This document shows, one piece after another, positions 1-8,064 of a DNA stretch of 64,000 nucleotides. The position numbers and the translations under genes are program-made. The stretch is from Ignavibacteria bacterium (GTDB lineage Bacteria; Bacteroidota; Ignavibacteria; Ignavibacteriales; SURF-24), in NCBI GenBank assembly GCA_025612375.1, contig JAAXKN010000010.1:53794-117793 (forward strand), in the 5' to 3' direction. The notes under the pieces were generated by a model, which was not told the origin of the DNA, made no database searches, and was given only the letters and a program-made list of their open reading frames with translations. Every line of letters starts with the position of its first letter. The first letter of the stretch is position 1.

Positions 1-1
1 T

Positions 2-421
2 TCAGATGAATTGAAAAGCATAACAACCAGCCTCCCGCAGGAGCACCTCTGGGTCGTAATTACCGAGGACTGGTGCGGCGATTCGGCACAAACCCTGCCT
101 TATATTGCAAAAATTGCTGCCACGACACCCAAAATAGAACTTGCAATTCTTCTAAGAGATGAGAACCTGGACATAATAGACCAATACCTTACAAACGGCA
201 CCAGGAGCATACCAAAGCTGATTGGTTTTGACAGGAGCCGGAATGAGCTATATACGTGGGGACCCCGCCCTAAAGCTTTGCAGGAAATGTTCCGGAGGCT
301 TAAGTCTGAAGGGATGCAGAAAGAGAAAATTTACGAAAACCTGCAGATCTGGTACAACCAGGACCGAGGACGGGAGCTTGAACGGGAGTTCATGGAGATG
401 CTGAGGCCGTATCTGGTTTAA
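2..421 (+). CDS. thioredoxin-fold protein with monothiol CxxS motif; possibly 5'-truncated by the window edge
   Basis: ORF 11..421 (TTG start in the track). The reading frame stays open back to nt 2. Has a WCGDSAQ motif at the position of a thioredoxin active site. Confidence 0.6.
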   Translation, partial: SDELKSITTSLPQEHLWVVITEDWCGDSAQTLPYIAKIAATTPKIELAILLRDENLDIIDQYLTNGTRSIPKLIGFDRSRNELYTWGPRPKALQEMFRRLKSEGMQKEKIYENLQIWYNQDRGRELEREFMEMLRPYLV

Positions 422-430
422 GCTTTTTAA

Positions 431-2140
431 TTATTCCGGAGCCGTATAGCGTGAGAGGACTTTTGATCTGATGAGTCTGCGGCTTTCCCGGGCTGAAATT
501 TTCTTCTCCTTCTCAATTGCCTCGGCCTCACCGGCAAGCTCATCATCTTTTATCATATTTCTGAACCAGTAGGAATAGTCGCCGTTCTTTAAGTGAAAAA
601 GCCATGTATCGTCATCTACGCCTTCGGCCATCTGAAGGAATATCATCAGGTTCTGTGCTCTCAGGTTAAGCTTTCCCTTCGGCCCCTTGAAATAAAAGCT
701 CCTTTCCGGAGGCAGTTCGCCCTCGGCATACTTCAGGTGATGGCGTTTTCTTTCCCTCTTTGGGGTTATTGTACGAAACAAAAACGGCTCCTTTGAAGGA
801 CTTCGCCACCATGCAATTGCCTGCCCTGCTTCAAGCACCTCTTCCGGCAGAACAGGAGGATTTTCGCCAAGCGTGGAGCTGAATTTCTTAATTGTCTTCT
901 CCGGATTTTGCCCTATAGCAACTATTGCATTTACAATTGAGAGGACTTCAGGAGCAATATGTTCCGGGTGAATTGTAATCATCATCAGGCCTGAGAGTTC
1001 ACGCGGAATTGCAAGATGCGAAGGCTCCCAGGTGGCAGGAAGAAGGTGGTGTATCTCATCAATTACAATCCAGTGCGGCCTGCCTGAGGAGGCACGTATC
1101 TTAAGAAGCGCAGGAAGAAGTTTCTCAAAAAACTCAGGCCTGTGTTCAACGCTGATCCCAACAAGGTTTATTATGCAATTCTGAGCGGGTTGTTCCAAAA
1201 CATGAACTATCTCGTCAATTGTAGGCTCTCTTTTGGGGCTTCCTAAGATTACGGCATTTTCAAACTCTTCGTAGTCCCCTTCCGGATCAATTATGCAGTA
1301 CTGGTACCCGGTTTCCTCAAGGCTTTCAAGAAATGCCGAGGCAAAGGTTGTCTTACCGGCTCCGGAAGTACCTGTCAGAAGGAGGCTTTCGGTGTGACGA
1401 ATAAAAACTTCCTCGTCGTCTTCATCCCGTCCGATCGGGATCCTGTTTTTCTTCAGGCTGTAATCCACCTCGCCCAGGTCGTCTTTTAAGATCATCTCAA
1501 TAAATTCACTGACGCCTTTGCCATGGCCTGACTTCATTACAAGGTCACTGGTTTCCTTCAGCATCGGAAGCGCATTATCGACCGAGGCCGAGCACTGGCA
1601 GAAGCTTAAGAATGCATGGTCGTTTTCCGCATCACCGATTGCCGCAACGTTGTGAGGCGAAAGCCCCAGTTCCTTAAGGCCCGCCTTAAGACCTGTAGCC
1701 TTATTTATCCCTGAGGGGAGCACCATAACGGCATCCTTATTGAATATTACCTGAAGCTCCAGCCCGAGGTCGCGTATAACTTCAAGCACAGTTGTCTCAA
1801 ATGGCCTCCATGTGGCCACAATAACGCGGCCGACAGAGAGGTGTTCAATACCCCTGCGCCTGAGCTCTCCTACAAAAAGTTCAGGAGGTACCTTGCCAAG
1901 AGCCTTTTCTTCTCTTGAAGAAGGCTTATAGAGCAACGCCCCGTTTTCAGCTACAATCAGGTCGAATATATCGTGCTGCGGGAAAACTTCCATCAGTTCA
2001 TCGAGTTCACGTCCTGTTGCTAAAATAAGCTTGCGCCCTGAGGCACGGAAGCGCTTAAGAGCCTCCAGAGTATGTCCGTCCACACGCCCGTCTTTAGCGA
2101 GCGTTCCGTCGTAGTCTGTTGCCAGTGCATAGTACTGCAT
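431..2140 (-). CDS. fusion protein: N-terminal HAD-IIB phosphatase + HerA/FtsK-like P-loop ATPase + unassigned basic C-terminal region
   Basis: HAD motifs DYDGT, ILATGR, INKATG and GDAENDHAF. Walker A GTSGAGKTT, IIDPEGDY, Walker B-like WIVIDEIHHLLP. 569 aa. Confidence 0.8.
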   Translation of the reverse strand: MQYYALATDYDGTLAKDGRVDGHTLEALKRFRASGRKLILATGRELDELMEVFPQHDIFDLIVAENGALLYKPSSREEKALGKVPPELFVGELRRRGIEHLSVGRVIVATWRPFETTVLEVIRDLGLELQVIFNKDAVMVLPSGINKATGLKAGLKELGLSPHNVAAIGDAENDHAFLSFCQCSASVDNALPMLKETSDLVMKSGHGKGVSEFIEMILKDDLGEVDYSLKKNRIPIGRDEDDEEVFIRHTESLLLTGTSGAGKTTFASAFLESLEETGYQYCIIDPEGDYEEFENAVILGSPKREPTIDEIVHVLEQPAQNCIINLVGISVEHRPEFFEKLLPALLKIRASSGRPHWIVIDEIHHLLPATWEPSHLAIPRELSGLMMITIHPEHIAPEVLSIVNAIVAIGQNPEKTIKKFSSTLGENPPVLPEEVLEAGQAIAWWRSPSKEPFLFRTITPKRERKRHHLKYAEGELPPERSFYFKGPKGKLNLRAQNLMIFLQMAEGVDDDTWLFHLKNGDYSYWFRNMIKDDELAGEAEAIEKEKKISARESRRLIRSKVLSRYTAPE

Positions 2141-2257
2141 AAGTCAGAATCCTTTATACTACCTGTGAAAAGAAAAGTACCAGCTCATATTTTCAGGTCT
2201 TACCGCTGAGTATTAGGCCTTTTTATTTGAATGAGCAGAATGCCCATAATTATAAGT

Positions 2258-4924
2258 TTATTTTGTCGGGATGACCAGAGGAGTCCTCCTCGCCTTTTTC
2301 AAAGCCATTTCTTTCTTTTTCTCATTAATAAGTTTCAGTACGCCCTGAACATCGTCAACCAGCACCACCATCAGTTCATTTTCCGAAGCGGTATCGAGCC
2401 CATATAAAATTGCCTCTTCCTCCTGGGGAATGCTGTGGATTTCCATGTTGGCTTTTTTGCTGTGTATTCCGTCAGTAATTATTTTAGTCATTTCGCCCGG
2501 TTTTCTGCCGCGTCTTTCCTTATCCTCTTTAATGATAATTCTTGTAAACATTCTTGATGCCATGCGGCCGAGCAGGAAAATATCCTCGTCACGCCTGTCG
2601 CCCGTACCGCCGAAGATGCCAGTTCTTACGGGATGAGGGAAACGGCAGAAGAATTTATAGAGCCCCATAAAGCCCGAAGGGTTGTGTGCATAGTCCACAA
2701 GGACTGTAAAGTTACCCATTTCAATCAGGTTCATCCTGCCGGGAACGTTTTCAGGAGTAGGCTTAAAGGAATTAAGTCCATGTTTGATCATCTTGAGATC
2801 CACGTCGTGCACAAAAGCGGCCAGAGTTGCAGCAAGCACGTTCTGCACCATGAAGGTTGCCCTGCCTGAAAATGTAAGCGGAATATTTTCAATTTTTTCC
2901 ACCCTCAGCCTCAGGTCCCCCCTAGCAAGCGTTACATAGCCGTTCTCAGCAACGCAGGCAATGTTTCCACGGGCAATATGTTCCAGTATGTGGGGGTTAT
3001 CTTTTTTCATGCTGAAGAGGCAGACTTTGCCCACAACATCTTTTCTCATATTATAAACCAGAGCGTCGTCTGCATTTAAGATCACGAAGCCGTCTTTTGA
3101 GACGCTCATAGGGACAACCACCTTGACCTTTGCTATATCTTCAAGAGTATAAATATCCCGTTGACCCAGGTGGTCGGCCGTAACATTTAATACAATGCCT
3201 ATATTGCAGCTGTCAAATCCCAGTCCGGAGCGCAGTATGCCGCCGCGCGCGGTCTCGAGGACTGCCACTTCAACCAAGGAATCGCTAAGGACTTTTTTAG
3301 CTGATATGGGGCCTGTGTCGTCCCCTTTTTCAACAAGGTTATTGTCGATATAAATGCCGTCGGTTGTAGTAAAGCCTACCCTCTGCCCCGCATTTCTTAA
3401 TATATGTGCAATCAGGCGTGTAGTAGTTGTCTTGCCGTTCGTTCCCGTAATCGATATGATAGGAATTCTTGAAGGGGCCCCCGGAGGGTAGAGCATGTCC
3501 ACAATATCCTTTGCCACGTTACGTTTTTTTCCTATGGATGGGCTGATGTGCATTCTCAGGCCGGGGGCTGCATTTACTTCAACGATACCGCCGCCGTTTT
3601 CATTTAACGGGGTCGTTAAATCAGGCGCAATTATGTCCATCCCTGCAATATCAAGACCTATTATCCTTGCAACCCTTTCAAATAAAAAAACATTATACGG
3701 ATGCACCTCGTCTGTGCGGTCAATTGCAGTGCCCCCGGTGGAAAGGTTTGCCGTAGATTTAAGGTAGCAGATTTCGCCTAACTTCAGGACAGTCTCCGGA
3801 GTGTAATTCTTTTCCCTGAGAATTCTTAATGTCTGCTCGTCTATGCAGATGCGTGTCAGGTTGTTCACGTGTCCGTTTCCGCGCCACGGGTCGCAGTTTA
3901 CAATTTCCACGAGCTGCCAGATTGCGTGGACGCCGTCGCCGACGACATGGGCAGGAACTCTTTCGGCAGCAGCAACAAACTTATTGTTTACAACAAGCGC
4001 CCTGAAGTCGCGTCCGAGGAGCTGCTTTTCAACAATAACTCTCTCTGAAAATTCTTTTGCCTCACGGAAGGCGGTAACTACGGCTTCAAGATTCCTCAGG
4101 TTCAGTGTAATTCCCTTACCCTGATTTGAATCCAGCGGTTTTACAACAGCCGGAAAACCGGTTTGGGTAAGGGCATCCTCCAGTTCCGACTCCTCTTCTA
4201 CCACTTTGCCCATTGGAACAGGAATACCGTGGAACGACAGGAGCTTCTTTGCCTGATTCTTATCGCCTGCAAGTTCGACAGGGATAATTCCTGTTCTGCT
4301 TGTGGATGCTGCTTCAATCCTCTGCTGATAGATTCCGTATCCCAGCTGTACAAGTGAGGAATCATTAAGCCTTATGTAAGGTATCCCTCTTTCCAAAGCC
4401 TCATTTACGATGGCCGAGGTACTGGGTCCGAGGCGCACTTCTTCCCTGATTTCCTTTAATTTCTTTACGTGCACTTCAATCATTTCTTTTAAGAGTTCCA
4501 TAGGCATGCCTTCGGCAATAGCAAGGAAGACTTCCACGGCGGCATCAGCGGCGTATAAACCGCACTCCTCTTCGAAATAATTAAAGACTATGTTATAAAT
4601 TCCCGGCGTAGCCGTAGCGCGCGTTCTGCCGAATCCTGTATCCATTCCGGAGAGAGTCTGCAGTTCCAGGGCAATGTGTTCAATAACGTGGCCAGCCCAG
4701 GTGCCTTCTGAAATTCTTCTTAAGAATCCCCCTTCCTGATAGTAGCTGCACTGGTGAAGCCGGACGGAAGGCAAAGCTTCTTCTATCCTTTCCCTGAAGC
4801 CGGGAATTATGTCTGTCGGCTTTTCTTCATAATCTTCCAGGTCCAAACGTATCAGTATGAGGTTTTTCCAGTAGGTACTCCAGTAATTTGGCCCCCTCAT
4901 TGCCCTTTTTTCCAAAATTAGCAT
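2258..4924 (-). CDS. cphA: cyanophycin synthetase (CphA1-type)
   Basis: 888 aa. N-terminus has RGPNYWS, typical of CphA. Central ATP-grasp region. Mur-ligase-like P-loop ITGTNGKTTTTRL in the C-terminal half. Confidence 0.95.
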   Translation of the reverse strand: MLILEKRAMRGPNYWSTYWKNLILIRLDLEDYEEKPTDIIPGFRERIEEALPSVRLHQCSYYQEGGFLRRISEGTWAGHVIEHIALELQTLSGMDTGFGRTRATATPGIYNIVFNYFEEECGLYAADAAVEVFLAIAEGMPMELLKEMIEVHVKKLKEIREEVRLGPSTSAIVNEALERGIPYIRLNDSSLVQLGYGIYQQRIEAASTSRTGIIPVELAGDKNQAKKLLSFHGIPVPMGKVVEEESELEDALTQTGFPAVVKPLDSNQGKGITLNLRNLEAVVTAFREAKEFSERVIVEKQLLGRDFRALVVNNKFVAAAERVPAHVVGDGVHAIWQLVEIVNCDPWRGNGHVNNLTRICIDEQTLRILREKNYTPETVLKLGEICYLKSTANLSTGGTAIDRTDEVHPYNVFLFERVARIIGLDIAGMDIIAPDLTTPLNENGGGIVEVNAAPGLRMHISPSIGKKRNVAKDIVDMLYPPGAPSRIPIISITGTNGKTTTTRLIAHILRNAGQRVGFTTTDGIYIDNNLVEKGDDTGPISAKKVLSDSLVEVAVLETARGGILRSGLGFDSCNIGIVLNVTADHLGQRDIYTLEDIAKVKVVVPMSVSKDGFVILNADDALVYNMRKDVVGKVCLFSMKKDNPHILEHIARGNIACVAENGYVTLARGDLRLRVEKIENIPLTFSGRATFMVQNVLAATLAAFVHDVDLKMIKHGLNSFKPTPENVPGRMNLIEMGNFTVLVDYAHNPSGFMGLYKFFCRFPHPVRTGIFGGTGDRRDEDIFLLGRMASRMFTRIIIKEDKERRGRKPGEMTKIITDGIHSKKANMEIHSIPQEEEAILYGLDTASENELMVVLVDDVQGVLKLINEKKKEMALKKARRTPLVIPTK

Positions 4925-5033
4925 AGAATCCTCTGATAATTACACATTTTTCTTTAGACTTCACAAACAATCTCCGGCCAATCATAACAATTCACCTGTA
5001 GCAATAAGCACCCATGGAGGTGCCTCTTAAAAT

Positions 5034-5966
5034 TTATTCAATCCTGAACTCATCTTCCCAAATTGCTAAAAATGCAGGTTCCTGATTTTTCCTGTAGCCT
5101 CTGTACATGGGGAGAGTATTATAAAACAGCTCAACATTTGCCTTTCTGTCTATAGCAATTATCCCCATTTCAGTTTTCAGATATTCGCCATTGATGCGGA
5201 ATACTTCACGGATAGCTTCATGTAAATGCATATTCTTAAATTTCATCAGTGCATAAAGCAGGTGCGCAAAAACTCCTCTTATTATAAATTCCCCGTCGCC
5301 CGTGCATGAGACGGCACATGCCTCGTTGTTTGCATACGTACCGGCGCCAATAACAGGGCTGTCGCCTACCCTGCCTTTAAGCTTATTTGTCAGGCCGCCG
5401 GTGGAAGTTGCAGCTGCCAGATTGCCCTTTTTGTCGAGTGCAACCGCGCCGACTGTACCTTTGCTTTCTGTGCCCTTCAGATTTTCCTGAGCCAGTTTTT
5501 TCTTCCGCTCCTCGAGCTTTTCCTGGGTGATAAAATACTCTGCCGGGCGTAATTCCAGCCCCATCTGCCTTGCAAATTCTTCAGCTCCTGTTCCTGCCAG
5601 CATTACGTGCTCTGTAGATTCCATTACTTTCCGTGCCAGGCTTATAGGGTTCTTGATGAGTCTTATTGCAGCAACCGAGCCGGCCCTCAGGGTTTCGCCG
5701 CACATAATTGCGGCATCCTGTTCAGTCTCGCCGTCGCGGTTAATTGCACTTCCCCGTCCGGCGTTGAAAATGGGATTATCCTCCAGCGCCCTGACGGAAC
5801 TTTCAACCGCGTCTAAGGCCGTGCCGTCTTCATTTAAGACCTCCCAGCCAGTAAAGAGGGCTTCTTCAATTCCCTTTTTATATGCCTCTTCCAGTTCCGG
5901 GGTAAAAGTATTCTTATCCTTATTCTGTGCCCCGCCGTGAACGGCAATAACGAAATCTTTTTTCAT
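5034..5966 (-). CDS. iaaA: isoaspartyl peptidase / L-asparaginase (Ntn hydrolase; beta-Asp-Arg dipeptidase candidate)
   Basis: 310 aa. Autoprocessing site GTVGAVALD with Thr nucleophile. HGGAQ N-terminus. TSTGG and GAGTYA motifs of plant-type asparaginases. Confidence 0.9.
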   Translation of the reverse strand: MKKDFVIAVHGGAQNKDKNTFTPELEEAYKKGIEEALFTGWEVLNEDGTALDAVESSVRALEDNPIFNAGRGSAINRDGETEQDAAIMCGETLRAGSVAAIRLIKNPISLARKVMESTEHVMLAGTGAEEFARQMGLELRPAEYFITQEKLEERKKKLAQENLKGTESKGTVGAVALDKKGNLAAATSTGGLTNKLKGRVGDSPVIGAGTYANNEACAVSCTGDGEFIIRGVFAHLLYALMKFKNMHLHEAIREVFRINGEYLKTEMGIIAIDRKANVELFYNTLPMYRGYRKNQEPAFLAIWEDEFRIE

Positions 5967-6068
5967 ATTAGTTTTTCAGTTTGGGAATAAATAACGGTAT
6001 TCCGCCGCAAAACTTTTGCAGCGGTAAAAACAGTCTCACCAGGACTTTTCATTTTCCCTTTTTGCACC

Positions 6069-6923
6069 TTATTTTACTTCCGGCATGTACTCTTTCTCCC
6101 TTAGCTTATAACCGTTGCCTTTTGCAAGTATATGCACCACAAGTCCCTCAACGCTTAAAGGAGAATCTAAATCTGCACTAAGGATATTAGTATACTTGAT
6201 CTGGGAACCATCGATGATAATAGCCATACCGCTTCCAATGCACTCCATTACATTTCCCTTTGAAACAACCAATGCTGTATCCTCACCCAGACCTATACCT
6301 ACACAGGTAGGATTCTGAAGAATAGTTTGTGTCAGCCTGCCGAATCTGCTTCTTTTTACAAAATGCGTATCAATGATACAGTTATCCAGAAAACCGAGTC
6401 CTGACATGAATCTCATCTCCCCCTGAAGCATCGCCTCTTTAGGCTGCCCCTGATAGATCATCACCTTTGACATTGCCATAGCCCCGGCACTGGTGCCGGC
6501 AAGTATAAACGATTCATCCTCATAGTACTTTTTTTCTATTACTGAGGCTATTTCTGTTCCGCCCAGAATTGTTGTAAGCCTGAACTGATTCCCCCCGCTG
6601 AAAAAGACGGCATGGGAGGCCACAACGACCTTAATCAACCCGGGGTCAGAGGCCTGTTCCGTTGAACTGATATTTATAATCTCAACGTTATGAAACCCGA
6701 GCCTGGAGAAGGTTTCCTTGTAGGTTTTCCCGGCATCTTCAGGATCTTTGAGAGCGGTAAGAAAAACTTTGACCGGTTTTTTGCTTTGAGAAGGCGGAAG
6801 CAATTCCTTCAGTATGGAAAAAGGCACGGAGTCCTCATTTTCCTCTGCCATTTCAGGCACAGGGCGCCCCTCCCTCTCTTCGGCACCGCCGATGATCATA
6901 ATTCTCCCTTTAGGGGTTCTCAT
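6069..6923 (-). CDS. cphB: cyanophycinase (peptidase S51), paralog 1
   Basis: 284 aa. FFSGGNQ, nucleophile motif GTSAGAM, and IDTHFVKRSRFGRL with the His of the S51 triad. Confidence 0.9.
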   Translation of the reverse strand: MRTPKGRIMIIGGAEEREGRPVPEMAEENEDSVPFSILKELLPPSQSKKPVKVFLTALKDPEDAGKTYKETFSRLGFHNVEIINISSTEQASDPGLIKVVVASHAVFFSGGNQFRLTTILGGTEIASVIEKKYYEDESFILAGTSAGAMAMSKVMIYQGQPKEAMLQGEMRFMSGLGFLDNCIIDTHFVKRSRFGRLTQTILQNPTCVGIGLGEDTALVVSKGNVMECIGSGMAIIIDGSQIKYTNILSADLDSPLSVEGLVVHILAKGNGYKLREKEYMPEVK

Positions 6924-7098
6924 TCATCTCTCCACTTTTCCAGAGTTAAACCTTTGCTCCGGCTAATAGTATATAATGTAAATTTCCGTAAAAAATGGAA
7001 AGTGCTGAAAATTTTGTCCCTAATTTCCTGCCTTTTAAGCTATGAGAGCTGTTTTGGCGGAATAATGGAAAGGAATTGGAATGTTTTTTCTTTAATGG

Positions 7099-7938
7099 TT
7101 AATTGGTAACAATCGGGAAATTGTACCTGTCGCCCGACTTGAGAATTCTGATATCTATATTGCTTGAGGAGTCGGACTGGCTGGCCTCATCGTCGGGAAG
7201 CACATTAAAAACGAGCACGTTGTTCTCCCCTAAGACTTCAAAGTTTCCCTCGGGATTAACAATGATTGCGGTGGATTCGTCGATTCCGACTCCGGAAAGA
7301 TATGGGTGTTCAAGCACGGCATTTATAAGGCGGTTTTTTCTGCTGCGTGTGTTGAAGTGCTGGTCTATTATGGCATTTTCAAGAAAGCCGAAGCCTTCGG
7401 AGAGCTTGACGTGCTCTCGTACAATCGGATTAAAAAGGTATGGCGATACGTCGCTGTCGTTCATGCCATCGCCGCAGATCATAACCTTGCTCATAATTGC
7501 AGCCCCGGCGCTGGTGCCGCCGATTACGCCGCCTTTAAGGTAAACCTTCTTTACATTTTCAAGAAGCCTGGTATCTTTCAGAAAAGCAACGAGCTTATTC
7601 TGGTCTCCTCCGGAGAAAAAGACAGCCTTTGCATTGCTCATCATTTCAAGATTTTCGCTCATATCGGCTTCTTCCCTCCTCAGGCAATTAATAACGCTTA
7701 CGTCGCTGCATCCGGCGAGCTCCAGTTCCATCTTATGACGAAGCCCCGTTTCCTTGGGAGTAGTACTTGCAACAGGTATTATTACAATCTTCGACTGCCT
7801 GCCCCCGGCAAGTTTAATAAACCTCTCCATCATATAAGACGGCCTGGGACCTCCGCCAATAATGAACAGATGCCCTGCGCCTGAGGAATTATCGAGACGC
7901 ATTTTTGAAGATTTATTTGAAAATGATACCTGGGACAT
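7099..7938 (-). CDS. cyanophycinase-family S51 peptidase, paralog 2
   Basis: 279 aa. FFSGGDQ, GTSAGAAIM, IDQHFNTRSRKNRL. No signal peptide. Confidence 0.85.
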   Translation of the reverse strand: MSQVSFSNKSSKMRLDNSSGAGHLFIIGGGPRPSYMMERFIKLAGGRQSKIVIIPVASTTPKETGLRHKMELELAGCSDVSVINCLRREEADMSENLEMMSNAKAVFFSGGDQNKLVAFLKDTRLLENVKKVYLKGGVIGGTSAGAAIMSKVMICGDGMNDSDVSPYLFNPIVREHVKLSEGFGFLENAIIDQHFNTRSRKNRLINAVLEHPYLSGVGIDESTAIIVNPEGNFEVLGENNVLVFNVLPDDEASQSDSSSNIDIRILKSGDRYNFPIVTN

Positions 7939-8064
7939 TTTTATATAGTTTTAATCCTTTTCAAGTAAGATTGAATTCTGTTAAACTGACACGATGTCAT
8001 ATTACTATCGAAACAAATATTATATAGTTTAAAATTCCACAATTCTCTTACGAAATTTGTCCCC

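Noticed and set aside
5527-5940. A 137-aa plus-strand ORF antisense to the isoaspartyl peptidase gene. Comparable antisense ORFs lie at 55572..56018 and 54303..54611.
   Set aside because: All are embedded in strongly supported genes on the opposite strand, and their products are Ser/Ala/Leu-rich with no motifs.
7306-7884. A 192-aa plus-strand ORF, and a similar 146-aa ORF at 7103..7543, antisense to the cyanophycinase paralog 2 gene.
   Set aside because: These ORFs lie entirely inside a well-supported minus-strand gene with intact S51 motifs. Their translations are low-complexity and motif-free, typical of shadow ORFs.
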